A DNA stretch of 44,889 bases, taken from sequence record PQ850624.1, one strand, 5' to 3'. The position numbers and the translations under genes were made by a program. The notes under the pieces are model-generated. The model saw nothing but the letters and a program-made list of their open reading frames with translations, made no database searches and had not been told where the DNA came from. Each line of letters begins with the position of its first letter. Position 1 is the stretch's first letter. Shown here in pieces: positions 17,559 to 26,911 of this stretch. This stretch comes from Escherichia phage RuthEpting_Bas85.

Positions 17559-20500
17559 CGATTATCTACGACGTCACGGGCCATAAAGGCGGCGGTGGCA
17601 AACAGCACACCCCACAGGAGACGCCTGATAGCCTGCATTCGCTGGCTAAAATCCGCATCTTGCTCGCACTGGGCGAGGGCGAATTTGAAGGCATTCCCGA
17701 CCCTAACGAATTACGGCAGCGTGTATACCTGGACGGCACACCGATCCAGAACGCCGACCTGTCGGATAACTTCCCCGGCGCGCGCGTGGAGTTCCGCCCC
17801 GGCACGCAGCACCAGGATGTGATTCACGGTTTTTCAGCGGTGGAAAGCGAGCAAACAGTAGGCGTAAAACTGGAACAGGGACAGCCGTGGGTCCGCCAGA
17901 TTTCGGACACCAGTCTGGACGCGGTGCGTATTCGAATCGGTATTCCGGCCCTGTACACTAACGAAGATAATGGCGACCTGGTGGGCGGGCGCATCGACTA
18001 TAAAATCGTTGTGTATACCGATAACGCCGATCCGCGCGAGTTTACATTCGCTGCCGTTGGTAAAACAATGTCGCTGTACGAGCGGGACCACCGCATCGAA
18101 TTACCGCCGAACGTTAACACCGGCTGGCGCGTGGAGGTGCACCGCACAACGACAGACTCCACATCGGCGAAAGTGGTCAACGATATCCAGGTACAATCCA
18201 TTACTGAGATTATCGACGCCCGCCTGCGTTACCCGCTAACCGCGCTGTTGTTCGTGGAGTTCGATGCTAAGGCGTTCCAGAACATCCCGCGTGTGTCCAT
18301 CAAGTGCAAAGGCCGCAAAGTGCTGATCCCGAACAACTACGACCCCGTGAACCATACCTATTCGGGCGATTGGGATGGCACATTTAAACGCGCCTGGACG
18401 GATAACCCGGCATGGCACTGGTACGATATTTGTATTACTGAGCGCTTCGGCCTCGGTCGTCGTGTCAAGCCACAAATGCTAAACCGTTACGCGCTCTACC
18501 AGATTGCGCAGCGCTGCGATCAGATGGTCAGTGACGGCAACGGCGGACAGGAAATCCGATTTAAGAATGATATGTACATTCAGTCGCAGACAGACGCCTG
18601 GACCGTGCTGAAGGATTTAGCGGCAATCTTTGCCGGTATGACTTGGTGGGGCAACCAGATGTTGAATATCGTCAGCGACCAGCCGGTCGCAGCGGTGTCG
18701 CACACTATCACCAACGCCTCGGTTATTGATGGTAGATTCGACTACGCATCAGGAAGCCAGAAAACTCGGTATTCCACGTTCTCGGTAGCCTACGGCAACC
18801 CGAAAAACCATTACGAGGACGCCATCGCAACGGGCCAGCGTGTCGAACTGGTGCGCCGCCATAAGATTAACCGCCTTGATATCACGGCGATCGGCTGTAC
18901 GCGAGAATCTGAAGCGCAACGCCGCGGGCACTGGGCGCTAATCTCCAACCAGCTTGACCAGCAAGTTAGCTTTAAGGTTGGCATGGAGGGGCTATTCTTT
19001 ATTCCGGGGAGCGTAGTTGCGATCGCGGATACTAACATTTCTGGCGGCTTCGAGACACGCGGCGGTCGCCTGTTGTCTGACCCCGGCACGCGCACCGTGC
19101 TGAACACAGACAGCGAAATCACGTTCCGCCCTGGTGATAAATTCCTGGTGCGCACCGATAGCGGTAATGTGGAGACTCGCGAGATTGCCAGCGTCAACGG
19201 CAACCAGGTCACGCTAAAAACCGCACTGGACGCCGACCCGATTCCTGATCAGCCGTTTTGCGTTGATGGCGATGATATCCAGTTGCAGAAGTTCCGCATC
19301 ACCGACCTGGAATATGACGACGCTACCAGCACTTTTTCGGTGCGCGGGATTGAGTACAACGATAGCAAATATGATGCCGTTGATAATGGCGCGCGTCTTG
19401 ATCCGGGTATATTCACGCAAGTGCCAGACGGCGTAATGAAGGGACCGGAATCCGTGACCATCACCACGTCGCAGATTTCATCACAAGGCCAGCTAATCAC
19501 TAACGTGGATATTGTATTCCCGCCGGTGAAGGATGCCGTTGTGTACGAAATCCAGTGGCGACGTACCAGCTTGCAGAATCTGGAAGTACAGTGGGGCAAC
19601 GACTGGGTGAACATCCCACGCACGGCATCGAACGGGGCGCACATCCCGAACGTGTTTTCTGGTAACTACCAGGCACGCGTCCGCGCGATCGGTATGGGCG
19701 AGATTTCATCCCCGTGGGTGTCATCCGCCATCACGCCGGTGGAGGGTCGTCTTGGTGGGCTTAACGCGCCTATCATCACCAACGCGATTTCGGGCCTTCA
19801 CCAAATTTTGTGGAAGTGGAACCACAACAACGCCGCGACGGATATTTCGTATACCGAGCTTGAAGTGCGCAAGCTGGGAGAAACGGAATGGAAATTCCTA
19901 ACCAACGTCCCATATCCGGGGTCGGACTATGCACAAACGTCGCTGGAGTTCGGGATCTATCAGCAGTTGCGCGCACGCGTAGCGGATAAAATCGGCAACC
20001 TGTCAGACTGGTCAGATCCGTTCGACGGGCAGGTGAGTGACAAAGTTGACGAGTACATGCAGGGGCTTGATGACGAGTTCTTGACTTCCGAGGACGGTAA
20101 ACACTTCCAGGAAGCAATCGACACCATTCCGCAAGGCATCTATGAGTCAATGCTTACGGACGCCCAGCAGTTATTCAACGCCCGCGCCGAGTATAAAGGG
20201 ATTTATGCGGAAATTACGGTGGCGTATAACGTGGCGGCGGATGCTCACGAAGCTGTAGCGCAACTGGAGACGTTGATCGGCACGCGCCTTGACGATGCGG
20301 AAGCGTCAATCCACACGTTGCAGACCGCGCAAAGCACGCATGAGCAAGCATTCGCCCAGTACCAACAAACTGTTGCCGCTAAGTTCGGGGAGCAGGAAGC
20401 TGCCATCCAGCAGGTACAAACGGCAACGGCAGACGTAGCTGGCGCGCTGGCGGAGTATAAGACCCAGGTCGCGGCACAGTTCGGACAGCAGTCCGCAGCT

Positions 20501-21001
20501 ATCGAGCAGAAGATGACGTCTTCGTTTAACCATGCTGGCGGTAGCGCCACCTACAGCCTAAAAGCTGGCGTGACGTATAACGGGACTTACTATGATGCCG
20601 GTATGCAGCTTTCAGTTGTGGCGGAAGGTGGCGCGGTTAAATCCCGCATCGCGTTCAAGGCGGACCAGTTCTACATCATGCACCCGTCAAATGGGTCGCT
20701 TTCGTCCGCGTTCATCGTTGACGGCGGGCAGGTGTATATCGACACGGCACGCATCAAGAACGCGTCCATTAACTTCGCGCAGATCACGGACACGCTGCAA
20801 TCCAATAACTGGAATCCGGGTAACAGCGGCTGGCGTATCGCGAAGGATGGCGGGGCAGAGTTCAACAACGTTACGGTACGCGGCAACCTGTACGCAAATA
20901 CGGGTAACTTCGGATTCTCCGGCGGGTCAGTGACTATTGACGCAACGGGCGTCAACGTGCCATTACCTGGAGGGGGCAGGGTGAAAGTCGGAACGTGGTA
21001 A
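17555..21001 (+). CDS. central tail fibre / host specificity protein (gpJ-like)
   Basis: 1148 aa; largest tail gene, follows I-like gene; ends at a strong terminator. Confidence 0.9.
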   Translation: MTIIYDVTGHKGGGGKQHTPQETPDSLHSLAKIRILLALGEGEFEGIPDPNELRQRVYLDGTPIQNADLSDNFPGARVEFRPGTQHQDVIHGFSAVESEQTVGVKLEQGQPWVRQISDTSLDAVRIRIGIPALYTNEDNGDLVGGRIDYKIVVYTDNADPREFTFAAVGKTMSLYERDHRIELPPNVNTGWRVEVHRTTTDSTSAKVVNDIQVQSITEIIDARLRYPLTALLFVEFDAKAFQNIPRVSIKCKGRKVLIPNNYDPVNHTYSGDWDGTFKRAWTDNPAWHWYDICITERFGLGRRVKPQMLNRYALYQIAQRCDQMVSDGNGGQEIRFKNDMYIQSQTDAWTVLKDLAAIFAGMTWWGNQMLNIVSDQPVAAVSHTITNASVIDGRFDYASGSQKTRYSTFSVAYGNPKNHYEDAIATGQRVELVRRHKINRLDITAIGCTRESEAQRRGHWALISNQLDQQVSFKVGMEGLFFIPGSVVAIADTNISGGFETRGGRLLSDPGTRTVLNTDSEITFRPGDKFLVRTDSGNVETREIASVNGNQVTLKTALDADPIPDQPFCVDGDDIQLQKFRITDLEYDDATSTFSVRGIEYNDSKYDAVDNGARLDPGIFTQVPDGVMKGPESVTITTSQISSQGQLITNVDIVFPPVKDAVVYEIQWRRTSLQNLEVQWGNDWVNIPRTASNGAHIPNVFSGNYQARVRAIGMGEISSPWVSSAITPVEGRLGGLNAPIITNAISGLHQILWKWNHNNAATDISYTELEVRKLGETEWKFLTNVPYPGSDYAQTSLEFGIYQQLRARVADKIGNLSDWSDPFDGQVSDKVDEYMQGLDDEFLTSEDGKHFQEAIDTIPQGIYESMLTDAQQLFNARAEYKGIYAEITVAYNVAADAHEAVAQLETLIGTRLDDAEASIHTLQTAQSTHEQAFAQYQQTVAAKFGEQEAAIQQVQTATADVAGALAEYKTQVAAQFGQQSAAIEQKMTSSFNHAGGSATYSLKAGVTYNGTYYDAGMQLSVVAEGGAVKSRIAFKADQFYIMHPSNGSLSSAFIVDGGQVYIDTARIKNASINFAQITDTLQSNNWNPGNSGWRIAKDGGAEFNNVTVRGNLYANTGNFGFSGGSVTIDATGVNVPLPGGGRVKVGTW

Positions 21002-21008
21002 ATGCGAA

Positions 21009-21030
21009 GGGGCCATCTGGCCCCTTTTTT
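21009..21030. terminator. bidirectional rho-independent terminator
   Basis: GGGGCC-atct-GGCCCC followed by TTTTTT; between convergent J-like gene and minus-strand gene. Confidence 0.75.
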
Positions 21031-21994
21031 AATAGATGTTAGGGATGACTAATAGCGGGGTGGGTACGGCAATATTTTTGCCCGGCATTTGGAATTGCTG
21101 CCGTGAGTAGTTGCCAATAACGCGGTTTTTAGCGATGCGCACATTATTACCCGCCATTCGTATCCCGTTCATGCGCACATGGTTATAGCCTCCGTTGTTC
21201 TCAATGAGCGCACCGGTATATGAAAGCTGGATCAGACTATTACCGATGTGCTGGTCGCCGCCACCGATATTAATCGTTCGGTCGTAGACAAACGGCTTGT
21301 TTACCGTCGAGAACGTGACCTGCCCCTGGTTGTTAGTCATGGTGATACCGGTCCCCGGTGAGGGCGGCGTATTGTTGAATATGACCAGGTCCATATCAAC
21401 GGCAGCGCCTACGTCGTCAATCCCGCCATAGGACGCATTACGGACAATGATACTTCCGCCATCGAAGCCAACCGATACGTTGCCGTCGTCCCAGCGCGCG
21501 AACGGGACACCGCCGACTGGTAGCGGCATACTTCCGTTTACATGCACGCGCTGCGCATATCGGCACGTCATTAGCCGTGATACGTTGGATATGGCGGTGA
21601 AGTCCGTTGAGTTAGCCACCAGTAAGCCCGCATTGCGTGACCCCACCGGCAGCACTTCCATAATCACCCCGCCCCATGTTGGAAGCCCGCTGTATGCGTT
21701 ATAGGCGTCCTCACCGCGCAAGGTGATTCCGCCATCCCCGTTACGTTGTATCGACGTCACATAAAACGGGTCTGGCAAGACCAGGGTCTGGTCGAATACC
21801 TCAATCACTTCAACCGGATTAGTTAGGGCAACGACCAGTTCGGACCCTGGTGTCAGCGGTGTGTTAATGGACAGCGTCTTGTCAGACTGACAGCGCTGAT
21901 TAAAGGTAGTGCAAAACGACGGAGCGCGAAGGCCCGCGGTTATCTCCATGACAGGTCTACCGTCGTTGTAGTCGATTAATATTCCGGCACCCAT
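21029..21994 (-). CDS. receptor-binding / tail tip protein (putative)
   Basis: ATG at 21994 with RBS GGGAG (ORF track extends to GTG 22003); ~321 aa, Gly/Asn/Val/Ile-rich beta-type composition, no signal peptide; co-oriented with the lipoprotein gene upstream. Function by context only. Confidence 0.4.
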   Translation of the reverse strand: MGAGILIDYNDGRPVMEITAGLRAPSFCTTFNQRCQSDKTLSINTPLTPGSELVVALTNPVEVIEVFDQTLVLPDPFYVTSIQRNGDGGITLRGEDAYNAYSGLPTWGGVIMEVLPVGSRNAGLLVANSTDFTAISNVSRLMTCRYAQRVHVNGSMPLPVGGVPFARWDDGNVSVGFDGGSIIVRNASYGGIDDVGAAVDMDLVIFNNTPPSPGTGITMTNNQGQVTFSTVNKPFVYDRTINIGGGDQHIGNSLIQLSYTGALIENNGGYNHVRMNGIRMAGNNVRIAKNRVIGNYSRQQFQMPGKNIAVPTPLLVIPNIY

Positions 21995-21996
21995 TA

Positions 21997-22218
21997 TTAC
22001 CACTCCCGTGATTTAACTGATACAGTACCGGAAAAATTGCCGTCGCTATCGGCAGACAGGCCAGTGAAGCGCATGTCAACATCTCCGGCAGGGACTTTTT
22101 GCCCGTCAACGTAACGCAACATGCAGCTTCCGTAAGCCACCGTAATGCAATCACCGTTGTTGCGTTCTACAGCACAACCGGACAAAAGGACCGCACAAAT
22201 CATAATTAAAGTTTTCAT
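21997..22218 (-). CDS. Cor/Llp-like superinfection-exclusion lipoprotein (putative)
   Basis: Start at ATG 22218 (RBS GGAGA); 73 aa; signal peptide MKTLIMICAVLLSGC with lipobox LSGC; small Cys-containing mature part; adjacent to tail fibre genes. Confidence 0.55.
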   Translation of the reverse strand: MKTLIMICAVLLSGCAVERNNGDCITVAYGSCMLRYVDGQKVPAGDVDMRFTGLSADSDGNFSGTVSVKSREW

Positions 22219-22235
22219 GTTATCATCTCCTATAT

Positions 22236-22269
22236 TTGGTTGAGTTTTAGTATTACACCGCTCAACCAA
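22236..22269. promoter_or_regulatory. operator-like inverted repeat upstream of the lipoprotein operon
   Basis: TTGGTTGAG-N16-CTCAACCAA (9-bp arms) enclosing TAGTATTAC; lies within the 5' extension of the minus-strand ORF track (ORF 21997-22281), upstream of the preferred ATG 22218. Confidence 0.4.
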
Positions 22270-22298
22270 GAATGCAACCAATTTATGAGGATTCAGCT

Positions 22299-24077
22299 AT
22301 GGCAGCGGGTACACTATCCGTAACGAATAACAGCAAGGCGGTTGTGGGCGTCGGCACAACGCTTACCGCGCTGAAGGCTGGCGACTTCCTGTCGCTGGTA
22401 GTGGGGCAAGTACCTTACACTGTCGCTATTGCATCCGTAGAAAGCGACACCGCGCTTACGCTGGTGCTGCCGTTCGATGGCCCAACGGCAACCGGCCTCG
22501 CATGGGATAGCGTGGCGCGCGATACCATGTCCCTTGCAACGATGGGTGTAACCGTCCAGGCGCAGAAAGCGCTCCGTATGCTTATCGCGGACGAAAACAA
22601 CTGGCGTGCAATCTTCGGCGACGCTGAGGAGATCACTGTCACGCTCCCGAACGGGCAAGTAATGCAGGGTATGTCATGGGGCTATCTGTCGCAATTGCTC
22701 AAGCAAGTTGACCCCGTAGAGATGCGCAACCTGCAACAACAAGCCGCCGCATCGGAAGCCGCCGCGCAGGGATACCGGAACGAGGCAGAAGGCTTCAAGA
22801 CTGATACGCAGGCGATCCACGACGCCACCGATCAGATTAAGACTGATACGCAGGCGATCCACGACGCCACCAACACCATCAAGACGCAGACCAACCAGAT
22901 TAAGACTGATACGCAGGCCATCAAGGACGAGACTGACCAGATTAAGACGGATACTGGCGCTATTCGCGATCAGGCCAATACAGCGAAGACGGACGCGCAA
23001 GCCGCCCGTGATGCCGCGCGGGGATACCGGAACGAGGCCGAACAATTCAAGAATGAGATCGACCCGTCGAAATTGCTGGCAAAGGCCAGCAACCTTAGCG
23101 ACGTTGCAGACGTTGCAGAAGCGCGCGACAACTTAGGTATCGGGCCGACGGATACACTTAATCTTGGTGGCCTGGTAACGTCCGGCGGTATCTCCGCGGG
23201 TCGAAACACGTGGGACGGGTCAAACTGGGGGAGCCAAGGGGTTATTGCATCATTAGCTATCCTAGCACCAGACGGAAACTCAACCCCCGGCTTATATGTG
23301 CGTAACAGCAACGGCAGCGGCGGATATGCGTCTGAATGGCTGTATTATGAGAACACGAACGCCTGGGCGACGAACGCGCGAGTTGTCGGCTATCAATTCC
23401 GTTCCCCGAAGGGGACTATGGGATATCATCAGTTGTGGTCTGAAGCTGCGGTACGAGTGGACCCGTACATCGGGCAGCTTAACGCGGAAAACTATCAGTC
23501 GTTAATCGCGGGGGCTGCTATGACGCAAGGCCACGGATTTGCGGGCGGTGTTTCGTTCGGGATTATGACAACCGGCAGTAACAACTGGCCTCGGGCGCAG
23601 ATCTCGATCGGCACACAGGACCGTGACGCCGCGGGGGATATGGGGCTTCAGATGCATTTCCGCTTCGATGATCAGGGGCGGATCTCTTACAGCGGACCAC
23701 AAGGCACGGGGTCATTCCAGCAAGTGCCCGCATCTGACCGCAACCTGAAGCATGATATTGCCGATGATGCCAGCAGCACCGCCTACGACAATATCAAGGC
23801 TATGCGATTCCGTACGTTCGTATTCAACAACGACGAGCAAGAACGGCAGCGCCGCGGTGTTATCGCGCAAGAACTGGAAGAAATCGACCCGCTGTATGTG
23901 AAACACCGAGAGTATAACAACCATGAGTTAAACGGGCCATTGATGCACCAGCTTGAACTGGACACAACGCCGCTGTTACTCGACACTATGCGGGCGTTGC
24001 AGGATACGATTAAGCAGGTGGAGGAGTTGAAGGCCGAGATCGCAGCTATGAAACAAGTGGAGGAGTTGAAGAAATAA
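22299..24077 (+). CDS. side tail fibre with C-terminal intramolecular chaperone domain
   Basis: Start at ATG 22299 (RBS GAGGA); N-terminal fibre domain, heptad-repeat array, C-terminal region (SDRNLKHDIADD...RFRTFVFNNDEQERQRRGVIAQELEEIDPLYV) typical of self-cleaving chaperone domains of T5 pb1/K1F-type fibres. Confidence 0.8.
   Translation: MAAGTLSVTNNSKAVVGVGTTLTALKAGDFLSLVVGQVPYTVAIASVESDTALTLVLPFDGPTATGLAWDSVARDTMSLATMGVTVQAQKALRMLIADENNWRAIFGDAEEITVTLPNGQVMQGMSWGYLSQLLKQVDPVEMRNLQQQAAASEAAAQGYRNEAEGFKTDTQAIHDATDQIKTDTQAIHDATNTIKTQTNQIKTDTQAIKDETDQIKTDTGAIRDQANTAKTDAQAARDAARGYRNEAEQFKNEIDPSKLLAKASNLSDVADVAEARDNLGIGPTDTLNLGGLVTSGGISAGRNTWDGSNWGSQGVIASLAILAPDGNSTPGLYVRNSNGSGGYASEWLYYENTNAWATNARVVGYQFRSPKGTMGYHQLWSEAAVRVDPYIGQLNAENYQSLIAGAAMTQGHGFAGGVSFGIMTTGSNNWPRAQISIGTQDRDAAGDMGLQMHFRFDDQGRISYSGPQGTGSFQQVPASDRNLKHDIADDASSTAYDNIKAMRFRTFVFNNDEQERQRRGVIAQELEEIDPLYVKHREYNNHELNGPLMHQLELDTTPLLLDTMRALQDTIKQVEELKAEIAAMKQVEELKK
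22794..23021 (+). repeat. in-frame heptad/42-bp tandem repeat array in fibre gene
   Basis: Protein repeats KTDTQAI-HDATDQI with Ile every 7th residue over ~75 aa; nucleotide unit AAGACTGATACGCAGGCGATCCACGACGCCACC repeated; flanked by 19-bp direct repeats GGGATACCGGAACGAGGC at 22769 and 23021. Confidence 0.7.
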
Positions 24078-24081
24078 GAGA

Positions 24082-24102
24082 GGGGCCATACGGCCCCTTT
24101 TT
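24082..24102. terminator. bidirectional rho-independent terminator
   Basis: GGGGCC-atac-GGCCCC followed by TTTTT; between fibre stop (24077) and convergent minus-strand gene (stop 24101). Confidence 0.75.
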
Positions 24103-24676
24103 AGTTTGAGTTTTCCCAGTCCATTTTTCGCCGCACCAGCGGACTCTCGTAATATTCCTTGCCTTCTACTGCCACCAACGGCCAATCGTTCACAATCACG
24201 TATGGCTCCGCAATATCCTCAATTACACCGTGCGCGCTATGTTGCCCGAACGATACGCCCACCAGGATAACACCGGCAACTCGACGGGTTAGATATTCGC
24301 GAGCGCAACGGGCTTCTACCAGTCCGCGACGGATGCCGCTGGTGGCTTTGACCTCGTAGGTCCAGACGGCATCAATCATGTGCTCACGGAAGTCGGGGCC
24401 AGACTTAACCTTGCGTTTGCCGACCATGATAATATCGCCGCGGTCGATAGTATTGGCGCTAAACAGGCCGGTACGCATAAGTAAGCCTTGCGGGATACAA
24501 CTACGCCCGCCTGCCTGCCCTTCAAGGTACATGCCTGCAAACATCTCGCCCAGCACACCGACAAGTCGGCTTTGCTTGCACGCGTCAGACTTTAAGCGCC
24601 ACTGGTCAAACTCGACGCTTGCTAACATTGCCGCGATGTGGAATTGTTTACCGGTTATTTCATATTCGCCATACAT
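24101..24676 (-). CDS. hypothetical protein (possible PD-(D/E)xK-like motif)
   Basis: 191 aa, ATG with RBS GAGGA; weak D...EVK pattern (GDIIMV...TYEVKA); no firm assignment. Confidence 0.5.
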   Translation of the reverse strand: MYGEYEITGKQFHIAAMLASVEFDQWRLKSDACKQSRLVGVLGEMFAGMYLEGQAGGRSCIPQGLLMRTGLFSANTIDRGDIIMVGKRKVKSGPDFREHMIDAVWTYEVKATSGIRRGLVEARCAREYLTRRVAGVILVGVSFGQHSAHGVIEDIAEPYVIVNDWPLVAVEGKEYYESPLVRRKMDWENSN

Positions 24677-24718
24677 TGTGAAGTCCTCATTGCTGCGGGC
24701 CGAAGCCCGCTATTAGAA

Positions 24719-25240
24719 TTATTTAAGTGCGCTAGTCACCAGTGTTTTTTCCATGTTGCGGAAGTCTTCCGGCGTCATGAGAATTTTGGACCCATCCTCG
24801 CCAGTGAGCACGACCATAGGCTGGACTTCTTGATCTACCACACCGAAATTGGCGGCGTTAACCATCTTGCCAGCAGATGACGAAGGATGCCACGCACCGG
24901 CAATGTCAAGGGGCCAACCCTTGAGGCTGTCGAATTGCGCTGCCGTTGTATCGATCTGAATCTCATCATGCACGGTCATGTGCGACTCACCCAGTAGTGC
25001 GGCATACGCAACCAGGTCAACAATATTGTCTTCCTGGTGCTTACGGTGCTGGCGCACCAGCTTCAGGCAGATCAGGAAGGTCCAGGCTTCTTGCTCTGTA
25101 AGGTCGCGACCGGTAAGCGCGTTAAACACGGCAGCGATTTGCTTCGCGCTGCGTTCTTCTTTCGCGTTATCATAGCCGTTCTCTTTCCCGCGCTGTTCCA
25201 TAGTGGTGGCGGCGTTCTTGCAGTATTCAAATGCTTTCAT
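24719..25240 (-). CDS. hypothetical protein
   Basis: Start at ATG 25240 (MKAFEY..., RBS AAGGA); ~173 aa; helical N-terminal region with acidic motifs; no firm assignment. Confidence 0.5.
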   Translation of the reverse strand: MKAFEYCKNAATTMEQRGKENGYDNAKEERSAKQIAAVFNALTGRDLTEQEAWTFLICLKLVRQHRKHQEDNIVDLVAYAALLGESHMTVHDEIQIDTTAAQFDSLKGWPLDIAGAWHPSSSAGKMVNAANFGVVDQEVQPMVVLTGEDGSKILMTPEDFRNMEKTLVTSALK

Positions 25241-25292
25241 GATGTTTTCCTTTTTAGTGGGGGCCGGATTGCCCCCGACGAGATAACTATAG

Positions 25293-25314
25293 TGCAACCA
25301 ACCTATTGGTTGCA
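25293..25314. promoter_or_regulatory. palindromic TGCAACCAA-N4-TTGGTTGCA site
   Basis: Perfect 9-bp inverted arms; overlaps the stop of the HAD gene and precedes the 24719-25240 gene. Confidence 0.45.
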
Positions 25315-25773
25315 AGTAAATTTTGCTACGTTTATAGAATAAATTTTAGGGACCAGATCGCTGCACGCCCGACGGATGGCGTCAATATTCTTAGCGCAGT
25401 CTTCAATGATGACCAGTTCGGACACGTTCGCATAGCATACAAGGTTGAATACGGCGCTCGCCTTAAACACCGGCGGCGGGGTGTCGTCCAACATTTCGCG
25501 CAAGAACAGCCGACCAGACGGGAATATTTTCAACTGTTCGGCGGTAGTCTCCCAGCACGCATAATGCCGGTTAGACAGATACGCGATCTCGAAGCCTTGC
25601 TCTTTGTACATGCGCAGCAACGGCAGCATGTCCATGTTAAGGTCTTCGCGTACGTGTGCTTTGTGCCACTTCGCCCAAAAGGTTGATTTGGTTTTTATGC
25701 CAGGCACCAGGTCAGCACGCGCATCACTTGAACCATTAATAACGCCATCCAGATCACAAATCAGTAGTTTCAT
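25303..25773 (-). CDS. HAD-family phosphatase-like protein
   Basis: N-terminal DLDGV (DxDx[TV]) motif, later LSNR and IIED motifs consistent with HAD hydrolase motifs I-IV. Confidence 0.55.
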   Translation of the reverse strand: MKLLICDLDGVINGSSDARADLVPGIKTKSTFWAKWHKAHVREDLNMDMLPLLRMYKEQGFEIAYLSNRHYACWETTAEQLKIFPSGRLFLREMLDDTPPPVFKASAVFNLVCYANVSELVIIEDCAKNIDAIRRACSDLVPKIYSINVAKFTCNQ

Positions 25774-25994
25774 TTTAAGCTCTCAATAAGGGTGTAACGG
25801 GCGCTTCGCGCAGTAAAGGAGTTGCACACGAAATGGCAACGCTGAGTCATGACAAGCCAACCGGTGAGGTCAAGGCCCAGGATGTATTCGGGGCGAGACG
25901 CGCGCACCACACGATTGCGTCGCGGATCAATACCGTAGTCTTTTTGCATTTGGTCTACTACCGCGGGGTCGCGGTCAACGATTAAGATATTCAA
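25770..25994 (-). CDS. hypothetical protein
   Basis: 74-aa ORF in operon context (overlapping stops/starts); no motif recognised. Confidence 0.35.
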   Translation of the reverse strand: MNILIVDRDPAVVDQMQKDYGIDPRRNRVVRASRPEYILGLDLTGWLVMTQRCHFVCNSFTARSARYTLIESLK

Positions 25995-26460
25995 GGAGTT
26001 CTCCTTCGCTCATTATTTCAATTTGTGCGCTGCCGATGGGTGGCGCTTCGTCAAATATTATCAATTGCTGGCACTTGTTATTGCTCGGCCCAACTTCGCC
26101 GGTCACAGCATGGATGAATCGCACACGCCAGTCCAGAAGAATTATCATGTTGGCAGTCTTCCGGGCCAGCCTCGCCCACTTCGTCGACGTGTCCTGATTC
26201 AGTAGCATGACCGTATGGCGACCGTGCGCAGCGCACTCGACCCACGGCAGCGGATCGGAATACGGCGGATTGCACCACTTCCACCCTTTCAACTCTGACC
26301 AGTCCGCCTCAAGCGCGCTATGCTCTGCCGTGAAGTAGCGCGGTAACAGGTGATTGGTGTCGCTTGCCGCCATATCGTAACGAAATCGGTACTTACGGCG
26401 CAGCGGTTTAAATAATGCTGGCGGCGTGCGCCAGCTATCCTTTTGCTCACTCTTCTGCAT
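25975..26460 (-). CDS. DNA N6-adenine methyltransferase (phage Dam-like)
   Basis: 161 aa with catalytic NPPY motif (WCNPPYSD) and a phage Dam-like N-terminus (SWRTPP). Confidence 0.8.
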   Translation of the reverse strand: MQKSEQKDSWRTPPALFKPLRRKYRFRYDMAASDTNHLLPRYFTAEHSALEADWSELKGWKWCNPPYSDPLPWVECAAHGRHTVMLLNQDTSTKWARLARKTANMIILLDWRVRFIHAVTGEVGPSNNKCQQLIIFDEAPPIGSAQIEIMSEGELLEYLNR

Positions 26461-26911
26461 GGTCGGTGTCTATCGCGTAAAGGGCAATCTTGTCCCCTTT
26501 CTTTAGGATTCGCTGCAATCGCTGCGTCTCCGACACCCCCAAAGGGCGCGCGTCCGGGTAGAAGTTGCCGTTTGTTGGGTGTCTCCACGCGACCAGCACC
26601 AGGTCTTTACGGGCGACCGCAGACTGGCGGCCCTTCGGACGCACGTACGCCTCGGCACGTTTGCAATGCTCACGCAGACCTTCAGCCGTCATGCGATTAA
26701 GCACCGCGGTGGTTTTGTATCCGGTGCGCTGCATAATCCCCATCAGTTCGAACAGCAGTTCGAAGCGCTCCTCTAACTCCTTGCGCACCTTCTCCTCACC
26801 TTCATAGCTCGCAAGGTAGGTGTCTGCCAGCGCGTTCGCGCGTTCGGCCTGTTCGCGGGCTTCGAGGCACTGCGCGGCCCAGTAATTTTTCTCTTCTTGT
26901 AAAATTTTCAT
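26447..26911 (-). CDS. hypothetical protein
   Basis: 154 aa; coiled-coil-like N-terminus; no motif recognised. Confidence 0.45.
   Translation of the reverse strand: MKILQEEKNYWAAQCLEAREQAERANALADTYLASYEGEEKVRKELEERFELLFELMGIMQRTGYKTTAVLNRMTAEGLREHCKRAEAYVRPKGRQSAVARKDLVLVAWRHPTNGNFYPDARPLGVSETQRLQRILKKGDKIALYAIDTDHAEE

Noticed and set aside
22272-22298. ORF-track start of the fibre gene at ATG 22272
   Set aside because: That ATG lies inside the TGCAACCAAT motif and lacks an RBS; ATG 22299 has GAGGA at correct spacing and begins the conserved MAAGT fibre N-terminus.
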